Positions 48,159 to 58,156 are shown, counted from the first letter of the stretch. The stretch: DNA of 64,000 nucleotides from Phycisphaerales bacterium (GCA_965227775.1 OZ245777.1:1184001-1248000); one strand, 5' to 3'. Numbers and translations are program-made. Notes: generated from the letters alone by a model not told the origin.

Positions 48159-49697
48159 ATGTCCAAGACAAGACCCGCCGTGGCCGCTTTGGCCGTTCCC
48201 GCTCTGGTCCTGCTGTCGCTGGCCCCGGCCGAGTTGGCCAAGTCCGCCCACGCCCAGACGTGCGGTCCAGGAGAGATCTTCGTTCCCGACGTGGTGTACG
48301 CCACGCCCGATGGCCCCAACTTCGTGGCCATCGGTGACCTCAATGGCGACGGCGATAACGACCTGGCCGTGGCCAACCGCGACGCCGATAGCGTCAGCGT
48401 GCTGCTCAACAACGGCGATGGCAGCTATGCGCCCGCCGTCACCTACGCCGCGGGCGATTACTCGGCCTCCGTGGCAATTGGCGACCTCGACGGCGATGGC
48501 GACAACGACCTGGTCGTGGGCAATCGCGACAGCGACAACGCCAGCGTGCTGATGAATAACGGCGACGGGACCTTTGCGGCGGGCGTGATCTACCCCGCGG
48601 GCGGCGGGCCCCAGTCGGTGGTGATCGGGGATCTGGACGGCGACGGAGACAACGACGTCGCCGTGGCGAACGTCGACGTCGATGCCAACGACGTCACCGT
48701 GTTGCTGAACAACGGCGACGGTACTCTCGCGGCCGGCGTGCTCTACGACGTGGTTGGCTCGCCCCGCTCGGTAGCGATCGGCGACCTTGATGGCGACGGC
48801 GACAACGACCTGGTCGCGGGGAACGAGTTTGGACAGAGCGGTATCACCGTGCTGCTGAACAATGGCAACGCCACCTTCGCGGCCGGCGTGCCCTACGACA
48901 CGGGCGTCGGTCCCCTGTCCGTTGCGCTCGGCGACCTGGACGGCGACGGCGATCTGGACGTGGCGACGGCGAACTTCAGCGGTGACAACGTCAGCATCCT
49001 GCTCAACGCGGGCAACGGCACCTTCGACGCCGACGTGCGCTACGCCGCGGGCAGCGCGGGCAGTCAGCCTGCCGCCGTTGCGCTCGGCGATCTGGACGGC
49101 GACGGCGATAACGACCTGGTCGTGACGACCACCGGCGGCTCGTTCCGCGACATCTTTGTGCTGCCCAACAACGGCGATGGGACGCTCGCGTCTTCGACGC
49201 TCTACGGCGTAGACACTACGCCTGTTTCGGTGGCCGTCGGCGACCTTGACAACGACGGCGACCTGGACGCGGCGGTGGCGAATCTCAACGGCAGCAACGT
49301 CAGCGTGCTGCTCAACCGGTGCGGGCCGCCCCCGGTTATCATCACCACGCAGCCGGCCCCGGTCGTGCTGCTGCCCGCGGGCGGCGGCGTCGCGGAGCTC
49401 TCGGTCGTGGCCACGGGCGCCGCGCCGCTGGCGTACCAGTGGCGGCGCGACGGCGTGCCGCTGGCCGACGGCAGCGGCGTCTCGGGCTCGACCACGGCCA
49501 CGCTGACTATCGACGCCACCCTCGCGGACGTGGCCGTGTACGACGTGGTGGTCAGCAACGCCACCAGCGACGCCACAAGCGACCCCGGCGTCATCGCCGT
49601 GCGTCAGCCCTGCCCGGCCGACTTCGATAGCGACGGGTCGCTGACGCTCTTCGACTTCCTGGAATTCAGCAACGCGTTCAACGCCGGCTGCCCGTAG
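48159..49697 (+). CDS. Secreted 7x FG-GAP/VCBS beta-propeller + Ig domain + single dockerin-like repeat
   Basis: Signal peptide; seven GDLDGDGDxD repeats; Ig 'ITTQP...YQWRRDG...YDVVVSN'; C-terminus CPADFDSDGSLTLFDFLEFSNAFNAGCP. Confidence 0.88.
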   Translation: MSKTRPAVAALAVPALVLLSLAPAELAKSAHAQTCGPGEIFVPDVVYATPDGPNFVAIGDLNGDGDNDLAVANRDADSVSVLLNNGDGSYAPAVTYAAGDYSASVAIGDLDGDGDNDLVVGNRDSDNASVLMNNGDGTFAAGVIYPAGGGPQSVVIGDLDGDGDNDVAVANVDVDANDVTVLLNNGDGTLAAGVLYDVVGSPRSVAIGDLDGDGDNDLVAGNEFGQSGITVLLNNGNATFAAGVPYDTGVGPLSVALGDLDGDGDLDVATANFSGDNVSILLNAGNGTFDADVRYAAGSAGSQPAAVALGDLDGDGDNDLVVTTTGGSFRDIFVLPNNGDGTLASSTLYGVDTTPVSVAVGDLDNDGDLDAAVANLNGSNVSVLLNRCGPPPVIITTQPAPVVLLPAGGGVAELSVVATGAAPLAYQWRRDGVPLADGSGVSGSTTATLTIDATLADVAVYDVVVSNATSDATSDPGVIAVRQPCPADFDSDGSLTLFDFLEFSNAFNAGCP

Positions 49698-49754
49698 TCA
49701 CCACAGCTCTTACACGGCCACACCCGATCTCACCCGAGCTCAAGAGAGGACGTT

Positions 49755-51041
49755 ATGAAACTGGAGCTACGCCGTTTCGTCTGCATTGTCAGCACCGGTG
49801 TGCTGGCGACCAGCGCCCTCGCCCAGCCGTGCGACCCCAGCGAGATCTTCAGATCGCAAGCGGCCTACGACGTGGGCAGCGGGCCCGTCTCGGTCGCTGT
49901 CGGCGATCTCGATGGCGATGGTGACGGCGACCTGGCCGTGGCCAACGCAAGCGACGACACCGTCATCCTGCTGCGCAACGACGGAGACGGCAGTTTCGTG
50001 GTGGAAGGACGCTACGGCGTGGGCAGCGCGCCGACGTCGATCGCGATCGCCGACCTCGACGGTGACGGCAGCCCCGACCTCGCGGTCACCAACTTCCTGG
50101 GCGATACCGTCAGCGTGCTGCTCAACGACGGCGACGGAAACTTCGCACCAGACGTCGAATACAGCATCGAGCTGGGCCCATATGACGTGTCCGCGGCCGA
50201 CCTTGATGGTGATGGCGACGCCGACCTCGTGACGGCCAACATCAGCAACGATACGGTGAGCGTGCTGCTCAACAACGGCGATGGGACCTTCGCGCCCGAG
50301 ACGAGCTACACCGCGGGCGACCAACCCCAGGCGCTCGCGATCGGCGACCTCGATGGTGATGGCGATCCTGATCTCGCCGTGGCGAATTTCGTGAGCGAGA
50401 CGATCAGCGTGTTCTTCAACGACGGCGCGGGAACCCTGACGAACGAGCGGCAGTTCCGCTCGGGCATATTCCCCTTCTCGATCGCGATGGGCGACCTGGA
50501 CGGCGACGGCGACGCGGACCTCGCCGTCACCAACCTGGGCCTCTCGATGAGCGTGCTGCTCAACGACGGCGACGGGCGCTTCGACTCTCGTGTGTCCTAC
50601 GACACGGGCATCTCTCCGAGGTCGGTCACCATCGCCGACCTCAATAGCGATGGCGTGCCGGACCTCGCCGTCGCAAACAACCAGACCAACGACCTCAGCG
50701 TGCTGCTGAACATCGGCGACGGCACCTTCGCGCCCCAGGTGCTCTACGACGTCGGCGTAGAGCCCGCCTCCGTCGCAGCGGGAGATTTTGACAACGATGG
50801 CGACGCGGATCTGGCCGTGGCCAACAGCGACGACGACACCCTCGGCGTGCTGCTGAACCAGTGCGGCCCGCCCCGCTGCCGCGTGGATCTGGACGGCGAC
50901 GGAGAGGCCACCGTCTTCGACTTCTTCGAGTTCCTCAACCTGTTCGACGCCGGCAACCCCATCGCCGACTTCGACGGTGATGGCTCGCTCACCATCTTCG
51001 ACTTCATCGCGTTCCAGAAGGCATTCGACGACGGGTGTTGA
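49755..51041 (+). CDS. Secreted 7x FG-GAP/VCBS beta-propeller + GC-type dockerin-like anchor
   Basis: GAGGA RBS; signal peptide; seven repeats; C-terminal CRVDLDGDG...ADFDGDGSLTIFDFIAFQKAFDDGC. Confidence 0.88.
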   Translation: MKLELRRFVCIVSTGVLATSALAQPCDPSEIFRSQAAYDVGSGPVSVAVGDLDGDGDGDLAVANASDDTVILLRNDGDGSFVVEGRYGVGSAPTSIAIADLDGDGSPDLAVTNFLGDTVSVLLNDGDGNFAPDVEYSIELGPYDVSAADLDGDGDADLVTANISNDTVSVLLNNGDGTFAPETSYTAGDQPQALAIGDLDGDGDPDLAVANFVSETISVFFNDGAGTLTNERQFRSGIFPFSIAMGDLDGDGDADLAVTNLGLSMSVLLNDGDGRFDSRVSYDTGISPRSVTIADLNSDGVPDLAVANNQTNDLSVLLNIGDGTFAPQVLYDVGVEPASVAAGDFDNDGDADLAVANSDDDTLGVLLNQCGPPRCRVDLDGDGEATVFDFFEFLNLFDAGNPIADFDGDGSLTIFDFIAFQKAFDDGC

Positions 51042-51159
51042 GGGCAGAACAGACGAACAGATCGGAAGACGAAGAGACGAACTGAACAGGCCTCAGGCGT
51101 CCGCCACCCTCCGCACTTCGTCTCTCCGTGACTGCGTGTCTTCCTCCCTACCCTCCCCC

Positions 51160-52335
51160 GTGCGCCATCCCGAGCACCACATCTTCCAGTTCACGCCCGA
51201 ATCCCTCGCCGACTGGTGCCGCGAGCGGTCGATGCCCGCCTTCCGGGCCAAGCAGATCCTGACCTGGGTCTACGAGCGCGGTGTGGTCGATCCCGCGCTC
51301 ATGACCGACCTCAGCAAGCGCGACCGCGAGACGCTCACGCGCGAGATGGCCTTCCTGAGTGGGCCAACCGTCGCCCACCAGCTCGCAACAGATGGCACGC
51401 AGAAGCTGCTCATCGAATGGCCCGACGACCTGAGCACGACCTCGGCCGAGCACGCAACGGTCGACACGTCCAGTCGCCTGCCGATCATCGGGCAGGACAT
51501 GCCGTACAGCAACACCGCCCGCCAGACCGAGTGCGTCATGATCCCCTGGCCGCCCAAGGGCGAGCTGCGGCCGCGCACCGATAGGCGCGAGCGCCGCACG
51601 GCGTGCATTTCGAGCCAGGTCGGCTGCCCGGTCGGTTGCAAGTTCTGCGCGAGCGGCCTGGGTGGGCTCGATGGCAATCTGTCCGCCGGTCGGATCGTCG
51701 AGCAGGTCTGGCGATTGAACCAGCTCCCCGACGTCGGCCGCATCAGCAACATCGTCTTCATGGGCATGGGCGAGCCGCTGGCGAACTTCAAGAGCGTGAC
51801 CCACGCCGTGCGCACGATCGCGGCGACCTGGGGCATGGGCATCGGCGCGCGCCGCATCACGATCTCGACTGTGGGTCTGCCGCAGGCCATCGAGCGCCTA
51901 GCACGCGAGCTCGACCTGCCCGTCACCCTCGCCCTCAGCCTGCACGCCCCGACCGACGAGCTGCGCCGCCAGCTCATCCCGTGGGCCGAGCACGCGACTG
52001 TCGACCAGTTGCTCACGGCCTGTCAGACCTGGTTCGACAAGACCGGCCGTGAGATCACGCTCGAGTACATCCTGCTGCGCGGCGTCAACGATCGTCCCGA
52101 GCATGCCCGCCTGCTGGCCGACCTTGCGCGCGCGATGCGCGCCAACATCAACCTCATCCGCTACAACGAGGTCCAGGGCCTGCAGTTCCAGCGGCCACGC
52201 ACCGAGGACGTGCGCGCGTTCCAGGACGTGCTGACCGAAGCACGCATCACCACCCACGTGCGCGCCAGCCGAGGCCGCGACATCGCCGCCGCCTGCGGCC
52301 AGTTGCGCCACGAGCATGCCGGGGCCGGTGCGTGA
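51160..52335 (+). CDS. rlmN: Radical SAM rRNA/tRNA C2-adenine methyltransferase
   Basis: 'FRAKQILTWVY', 'CISSQVGCPVGCKFCASG', 'VFMGMGEP', 'SLHAP', 'RGRDIAAACGQL'; start codon uncertain (GTG 51160). Confidence 0.92.
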   Translation: MRHPEHHIFQFTPESLADWCRERSMPAFRAKQILTWVYERGVVDPALMTDLSKRDRETLTREMAFLSGPTVAHQLATDGTQKLLIEWPDDLSTTSAEHATVDTSSRLPIIGQDMPYSNTARQTECVMIPWPPKGELRPRTDRRERRTACISSQVGCPVGCKFCASGLGGLDGNLSAGRIVEQVWRLNQLPDVGRISNIVFMGMGEPLANFKSVTHAVRTIAATWGMGIGARRITISTVGLPQAIERLARELDLPVTLALSLHAPTDELRRQLIPWAEHATVDQLLTACQTWFDKTGREITLEYILLRGVNDRPEHARLLADLARAMRANINLIRYNEVQGLQFQRPRTEDVRAFQDVLTEARITTHVRASRGRDIAAACGQLRHEHAGAGA

Positions 52336-53069
52336 CGGCCCCGCCGGCGTTCGCGCCATTCACGCCCACACACCTTTTGGCTGCGGGTGCTGGCGTTGCC
52401 TGCATCATCGCCTTCGTCACCATCGGCCGCGTCTCCACGACCGCCGGCGAGCATCGCATCGTGCGCACGTGGGCCATCCTCTGGCTCATCCAGCAGGCAT
52501 TCACGACCATCTACTGGCTCTTGCCATCGAACTTCGATATCGCCAAGAGCCTGCCCCTGCACCTGTGCGACGTCGTCGGCTGGCTCGGGCCGTTCGCGCT
52601 CCTGCTCGCGCACACGCGCAAGACGCGCTGGCTGCGCACGATCCTCTACTTCTGGGGCATCGGCCTGAGCACGCAGGCGTTCTTCACGCCCACGATCACG
52701 CAGGGCCCAGGCGACCCGCGGTTCTGGCTGTTCTGGATCAGCCACACGCAGATCGTCGGCGCCGCGGTCTACGACATCGTCGTCCGCGGCTATCGCCCCG
52801 ACCTGCGCGACCTCAAGGCCGCCATCATCGCCTCGCTCGTGTGGATGGTCCCGCTCGTCGTGCTCAACTGGATCACGGGCCTCAACTACGGATACCTCGG
52901 ACCAGAACTCGAGGGCGAGACCGTACTGAACCTGCTGCCGCCCTGGCCCTGGCGCGTGCTCACGATGGCGGGCATCGTGCTCGTGCTCTTTTCGCTCATG
53001 TGGGCGGTCTGGCCGATCGCCGGGCGGCTCATGGGCCACGCGCCCGGGGACGACGACGAACGCGCTTAG
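52332..53069 (+). CDS. YwaF/TIGR02206 family membrane protein
   Basis: 'LPLHLCD', 'QAFFTP', 'FWISH', 'NYGYL', 'LLPPWPW'. Confidence 0.82.
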   Translation: MTAPPAFAPFTPTHLLAAGAGVACIIAFVTIGRVSTTAGEHRIVRTWAILWLIQQAFTTIYWLLPSNFDIAKSLPLHLCDVVGWLGPFALLLAHTRKTRWLRTILYFWGIGLSTQAFFTPTITQGPGDPRFWLFWISHTQIVGAAVYDIVVRGYRPDLRDLKAAIIASLVWMVPLVVLNWITGLNYGYLGPELEGETVLNLLPPWPWRVLTMAGIVLVLFSLMWAVWPIAGRLMGHAPGDDDERA

Positions 53070-54115
53070 CTATCGTCGCCGGGAAGCTCTGGCTCGATGC
53101 CCGTCACCTGTACCGGCACGCGTGGATCGTCGACGACGAACGTCAGGCCTTCGACCTCGCCCGACAGCCTGGCCTCGAACTCGGCCGAACCCTCGACCAA
53201 TTCCTCGCCCTCCAGGTGCAGTGTGGCGACGACTCGGCTGCGACCATCGGCGATCGCCCGCACCGCCTCACTCGGCCCGCTGATGCGAACATCGCGCAGG
53301 TACGAGTCTTCGGGCGCGATGCGCACCGACCACTGCCGTAGCTGCGTGGGCGACAGCCGGATCATGACCGGCACGCTCGACATCGTGTGCGACTCGATCG
53401 TGTCACGCAGCGCGAACGTTGCCGACACGGCGCTTGGCTCGACCCGCACCAGATCGCTCCGCCAGGGCGCGGGAATGTTCAGCGTCAGATTGCCCACCTC
53501 GGCCGTGCTCCCGCCCTCGATCGCGTCCAGCTCGTCCCGCGGAATCGTTACCTCGAGCGCTTCGAAGCCCGCGTCGGCGAGCAGCGTGGCGGGGCCAGTG
53601 AAGGTCGCGTTCGCCGGCTCGGCGACCGGCGGGCGCTCCAACTCCACGCCGGGCGCAAGCACGCGGATCGGCACGCTTCGCTCAACGAGCTCGTCCACAC
53701 GCACGTCGAGCGTCGGCGGCGTGACGTCTTCCAGGCTCACGGCCAGGCGATCGAACACGGCGTGATCGCGCAGGGTGTCTCGCAGCGAGATGGTCTGCCG
53801 TCCGAGGGTGGACGAGACGCCCTCGCCGATCAGCAGCTCGATGGGCTCCTCGAATCGCTGCCCGGCCCGCTGGAGCGCCGCGCGAGAGCCCTCCAGCCGC
53901 AGCGTCACGGTCGTGCGCCGTGTGCGTTCGGGCTGGGTCCACGCCGTCAGCTGCGAGCCCGCGGGCGCCGCGAGCACGAGCGTGACCGTCCGGGTGCCGG
54001 TCGTCAGGCTGCGCGCTTCGGCAAAGGTCCAGATCGCCGCACTAAGAACGACAACGAGCACGAGTCGGAGGATCCGTGAACGCAGCGTGGTATCGCGAGG
54101 AGCTTTCTCAGCCAC
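53066..54115 (-). CDS. cdaR: CdaR/YbbR-like regulator of diadenylate cyclase
   Basis: N-terminal TM helix ending 'IWTFAE'; three beta-rich repeats ('V.L.G'/'GP'); overlaps the cdaA stop codon. Confidence 0.65.
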   Translation of the reverse strand: MAEKAPRDTTLRSRILRLVLVVVLSAAIWTFAEARSLTTGTRTVTLVLAAPAGSQLTAWTQPERTRRTTVTLRLEGSRAALQRAGQRFEEPIELLIGEGVSSTLGRQTISLRDTLRDHAVFDRLAVSLEDVTPPTLDVRVDELVERSVPIRVLAPGVELERPPVAEPANATFTGPATLLADAGFEALEVTIPRDELDAIEGGSTAEVGNLTLNIPAPWRSDLVRVEPSAVSATFALRDTIESHTMSSVPVMIRLSPTQLRQWSVRIAPEDSYLRDVRISGPSEAVRAIADGRSRVVATLHLEGEELVEGSAEFEARLSGEVEGLTFVVDDPRVPVQVTGIEPELPGDDS

Positions 54116-55001
54116 GGTCGTCTCCCTTGTCGTCGCTGGTGCTTCGCACACGATCCGAGCGGGCCTCCTCGGCGGTCGAGGGACGTTCCGGAACGTCCTT
54201 GCGAAGGCCGGCCTGCAGGGAGCGGCGGAGTTCCTCGGGCGTCATCGGGTCGCTCAGCTTGCCGCGCTCGGCGATGCGGATGCCGCCGGTCTCCTCGCTC
54301 ACGATGACTACCAGCGCATCGCACTCGCGCGAGATGCCCACCGCGGCGCGGTGGCGTGCGCCAAAGCCAGCGTCGGGCATCTCCGCCGCGCTCGCAAGAG
54401 GTAGCTGCACGCCCGCCGCGTGCACGATGGGACCCTTGATGATGACCGCAAGGTCGTGCAGCGCCGTGCCGGGAAAGAACAGGCTTTGAAGCAGCCGGGC
54501 GCTCACCTCGGCGCCGATGCGAGTGCCGCCCTCGGCGAGCCCACCCAAGGCCGTGCGCCGCTCCATAACGATGAGCGCGCCGAACTTGGCTTTCTGGAAG
54601 TAGCTGCACGCTTCGACGACCGAATCGACGACGTGGGCGATCTCGCCTGGCGTGCTCCGGAAGATCGGTGCTTCGCCCAGCCGCGTGAGCGCGCGACGCA
54701 GCTCGGGCTGGAACACGACCACCAGGCCGATCGCGACGACCACGCCCGCACGATCGAGCAGGTAGCCGAGCCGCTCGAACGCCTCTTCACGCCCGACGAG
54801 CGAAAGGAAGATCCGCGCCGCCAGCCCGATGAGCACGAGCGCGACCAGGCCCTTCATGACCCCCGCCGCGCGCGTGTCCTCGATGAACCGCAGGATGGCC
54901 CAGACCACCAGCGCGATCAGCGCCAGCTCGAACGCGACCTCCCACCACGCATATCCCGAGATGCGTTGCAGCGCGTTTCCGATGGCGATGGCCAGATCCA
55001 C
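54108..55001 (-). CDS. cdaA: Membrane diadenylate cyclase (DisA_N/DAC domain)
   Basis: Three TM helices; 'VVFQPELRRAL', 'GALIVMER', 'F.PGTALHDLAV', 'GARHRAAVGIS', 'VSEETG'; start codon uncertain (55001-55043). Confidence 0.88.
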   Translation of the reverse strand: MDLAIAIGNALQRISGYAWWEVAFELALIALVVWAILRFIEDTRAAGVMKGLVALVLIGLAARIFLSLVGREEAFERLGYLLDRAGVVVAIGLVVVFQPELRRALTRLGEAPIFRSTPGEIAHVVDSVVEACSYFQKAKFGALIVMERRTALGGLAEGGTRIGAEVSARLLQSLFFPGTALHDLAVIIKGPIVHAAGVQLPLASAAEMPDAGFGARHRAAVGISRECDALVVIVSEETGGIRIAERGKLSDPMTPEELRRSLQAGLRKDVPERPSTAEEARSDRVRSTSDDKGDDRG

Positions 55002-55085
55002 GGCGTCCGACACCCCTTCCAGAGACCGGCCCGGGGGCCGCATCGCTCACTGTACGCGCCCCAAAGCCCTACGCTGAGGGCCCTT

Positions 55086-55394
55086 ATGCCCCGTGTCATC
55101 GGCTTCGAAGCGACACCGAACCCAAACGCGATCAAGGTCCTGGTCGAGGGCCGGCTGGCCGAGGTGCCCCGGTCGTACCGCGAGCCCCCCGCAGGCGATT
55201 GCCCCGATCCGCTCGCGCGCGTGCTGTTCGCCATCGACGGGGTCCGGGTCTTGCTTATCCACCACGAGTTCCTGTCCATCGGCAAGGCTCCCGAGGCCAA
55301 GTGGCCCGCCATCAAGCGACAAGCCAAGGCAGCCATCCAGGCGTTCGACCCCGCACAACAAGCCGAGCAGGCGGATCCAGATGCCCGTGGCTGA
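55086..55394 (+). CDS. NifU/Nfu N-terminal domain protein
   Basis: 'EATPNPNAIK', 'DPLARVLFAIDGV', 'FLSIGK...W'; the true start lies inside a longer ORF call. Confidence 0.8.
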   Translation: MPRVIGFEATPNPNAIKVLVEGRLAEVPRSYREPPAGDCPDPLARVLFAIDGVRVLLIHHEFLSIGKAPEAKWPAIKRQAKAAIQAFDPAQQAEQADPDARG

Positions 55395-56565
55395 GCGCGC
55401 GAAGCCCGACTTGCCCGCGGGCGACCCGGCAACCGACCAATGGCTCACCCGGGCGATCGCGAAGTGGTTCGCCGTCAACGCGCGTGAACTCCCCTGGCGA
55501 ACGGATCCACGTGATCCGTGGCTCTCGCTCATGAGCGAGATCATGCTCCAGCAGACCCAGGTGGCCCGCGTCGCCGAGCGATTCGAGACGTTCGCCGAGC
55601 GATTCCCCACACCACGGGCGATGGCTGACGCTTCCGTCGATGACGTCCTCGCGCTCTGGAGCGGGCTGGGCTACTACCGAAGGGCGCGACTCTTGCACGC
55701 TTGCGCAACGGCGATCGTCGAGCGTCACGACGGCGCGGTGCCCGCAAGCGCCGAGGCATTGCAAAACCTCCCTGGCGTCGGGCGCTACACGGCAGGCGCC
55801 GTTGCATCAATCGCCTTCGGATTGGAGGTGCCCATCGTCGATGGCAACGTGTCGCGCGTCCTGCTCCGCGTGAACGGTGTTGAAGCCGCGGCCGACGGGC
55901 CGGGGGTGCAATTCTGGGCGTGGTCGCGGGCGTCCGCACTTGCGCGAGCCGCAGCGGAACATGTCGGGCCCGCGAGCGAAGGCATCATGGAACTCGGCGC
56001 GACCGTGTGCACGCCAGCGTTGCCACGATGCGACACTTGCCCGATCCGGTCAAGGTGCGTCGCGCACAAGCGTGGCACTGTCGATCGCATCCCAAAACCA
56101 AAGACGCGCGCAAAGAAGCAGCCGCTCTCGATTGCGGCGCTCGTCGTCACGGACCGCCGCGGGCGCGTCTTGCTCGAGCAGCGGCCGAGCAGCGGTTTGT
56201 GGGGCGGTCTCTGGCAGCCACCGTGCGTCGAGCGAGCGGCCGCGCGACTCGTTTCTGTTCAGGCATTGCTCAGAGCGCTCGGGTTGCTCGATGAGGTCGC
56301 AGCGCCGACAAGCCAAGGCCAGTTCGGGTTTGCCACCACGCATCGCGACGTACGAGTGGGGGTCTGGTCGGCTCGTGCTCGCCATGCGACGCGTGCACGG
56401 GCCGCCCGTGCAGGCACGTCGCGGTGGTTTACAAACACGGAACTGTGCGGGCTTGGCATGGCCTCAGCCCACCGCAAGATGCTGGTTGTTGGTGGTATAG
56501 CAACACACGGACCACAGGCTGGGCAAACCGGGTACCCTCGCCAGCCTGAAACATCTAAATCCTGA
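55381..56565 (+). CDS. mutY: A/G-specific adenine glycosylase
   Basis: 'RELPWR', 'SEIMLQQTQV', 'WSGLGYYRRAR', HhH 'LPGVGRYTAGA', 'VDGNV', Fe-S C-x6-C-x2-C-x5-C, NUDIX-like C-terminus. Confidence 0.93.
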   Translation: MPVAERAKPDLPAGDPATDQWLTRAIAKWFAVNARELPWRTDPRDPWLSLMSEIMLQQTQVARVAERFETFAERFPTPRAMADASVDDVLALWSGLGYYRRARLLHACATAIVERHDGAVPASAEALQNLPGVGRYTAGAVASIAFGLEVPIVDGNVSRVLLRVNGVEAAADGPGVQFWAWSRASALARAAAEHVGPASEGIMELGATVCTPALPRCDTCPIRSRCVAHKRGTVDRIPKPKTRAKKQPLSIAALVVTDRRGRVLLEQRPSSGLWGGLWQPPCVERAAARLVSVQALLRALGLLDEVAAPTSQGQFGFATTHRDVRVGVWSARARHATRARAARAGTSRWFTNTELCGLGMASAHRKMLVVGGIATHGPQAGQTGYPRQPETSKS

Positions 56566-56616
56566 TCAGATAGAGCTTTAGTCCACAGTTCCCAGAAGCT
56601 GGGCTGTGTGGATAAG

Positions 56617-56687
56617 CTGGGGATCCAGGATTCGAACCTGGACTAGATGAACCAGAATCACCGGTGCTACCATTACACCAATCCCCA
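56617..56687 (-). tRNA. tRNA-Gln (anticodon CTG), CCA not encoded
   Basis: TGGGGAT/ATCCCCA acceptor stem; GGTGA-TTCTGGT-TCATC anticodon arm; GGTTCGAATCC T-arm. Confidence 0.93.
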
Positions 56688-56963
56688 GTCTGGCGGCCCA
56701 AGTCTACATCGGATCGCCACCCACTTCAACGCCGTGAACCGCCTTTGCGACCTCAGGACCATGTGGCCCAAGGGGTAGTACTTACGTATCAACGCACCCT
56801 TCGGCCTGGACCGGATGGCACTCTGGGCAAAATTTAGTGCGGATGCCGGCATCCTTCGAGTACACTTGGAGCGAAGAGGCTTGGTGGGCGAGAGGACGTC
56901 CGACCAAGGCGCTGGCACGTATCCCCGTGGCACTGCCAGCAGCAAAGAGCGAGGAGACATGAC

Positions 56964-58010
56964 ATGCGCACGACGACGACCACCGTGGCGACGCTATTCG
57001 CGGCCGCCGGGGCAGCGTTTGCCCAGGATTCCCAGTTCCTGTTCACCAACCAAGGCAGCCCGGGCATCGACGGCTACATCGGGGGTGCACAGACGCGCAT
57101 CGTCGACGTGACCAACCCCGGCGCGTTCCTGGCCGGCATTGTGCAGGTCGGCGACAGCTTCTACTTCGCCGATGGCGCGGGCGATGCTGATCCTGGGCTG
57201 ACGAGCGGGATCTTCCGCCTGGACAACGCGTTCAGCGCGCCGTCGATCTCGCCGGTCTCCACCAGCATGCCGATTGAAAATCCCATCGGCCTGCAGTGGG
57301 ACGCGGGGCGGAACAACTTCATCACTGTGAACAACGTGTTCTCGCCCGGCATGGGCAGCGTTGACGGCGTGCTGGCGGTCACCATGGGTGGCACCATTTC
57401 GACCGTGTTCGAAGAAGACAGGACGCTGCCACGGCCGCGATACCAGGCCGCCGCTCGCCTGGCTCGCGAGTCTTCGGGCAGCTACCTCATCCCGAGCTTG
57501 AACGGCAGCGCCGCCGTCAGCGGTACGGGGGAGTTGGGTAACGGCAGCGCCCTGTTCCGCATGGATATCGATGGCTCGCTCTCGGGTACTGCCAGCCTGG
57601 TCGTTGACCTGGCCGATACCTCCGTTACCGGCTTGGCCGACCCCCTGCTGGACACTGCTGGCATCGCGATCAATCCCAACAACGGCCTTGTGTACCTGAC
57701 CGATCGCAACGCCGGCGCGATCTACGAGATGGCGTTGGATGGCAGTGGCGCATTCGATTCCATCCGCGTGCTGATCGATGGGCTTGATGGGCCCGAAGAG
57801 ATCCAGTACGACCCGTTCAACGATCGCCTCGTGTTCGACGAGAACTTTGGCGGCGATCTCGGCCGCATCAGCCAGGTCGAGCTCGATGGCTCGGGCCTGA
57901 CGGTGCTCGTCGATGACGTCGATACCCGCGGCATCGTCATCATCCCGGCGCCGGCCTCATTGGCCCTGCTCGGTCTTGGTGGACTCGTCGCGACGCGTCG
58001 TCGTCGCTAA
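56964..58010 (+). CDS. Secreted beta-propeller-like protein with PEP-CTERM-like (PAP) sorting signal
   Basis: GAGGAG RBS; signal peptide; C-terminus IPAPASLALLGLGGLVATRRRR. Confidence 0.85.
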   Translation: MRTTTTTVATLFAAAGAAFAQDSQFLFTNQGSPGIDGYIGGAQTRIVDVTNPGAFLAGIVQVGDSFYFADGAGDADPGLTSGIFRLDNAFSAPSISPVSTSMPIENPIGLQWDAGRNNFITVNNVFSPGMGSVDGVLAVTMGGTISTVFEEDRTLPRPRYQAAARLARESSGSYLIPSLNGSAAVSGTGELGNGSALFRMDIDGSLSGTASLVVDLADTSVTGLADPLLDTAGIAINPNNGLVYLTDRNAGAIYEMALDGSGAFDSIRVLIDGLDGPEEIQYDPFNDRLVFDENFGGDLGRISQVELDGSGLTVLVDDVDTRGIVIIPAPASLALLGLGGLVATRRRR

Positions 58011-58156
58011 CTGACGCAACGCGGGCCCGTCCCGTGGGGTACAACCAGAGAGAAGTCGATGGCCGATGGGAGTTCCCCACCGGCCATCGTTGTTTATCGG
58101 GCAGACGGAGCGCGCAATCCATCCGTCAGCGCTTCAGAGAGAGCGGAGATGTGCAG

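Noticed and set aside
48300..50860. Periodic DNA repeats suggestive of an array
   Set aside because: They encode FG-GAP protein repeats; degenerate, in-frame, with no CRISPR repeat-spacer structure or cas genes.
31740..56687. tRNA genes lacking encoded CCA
   Set aside because: Common in many bacteria that add CCA enzymatically; not unusual.
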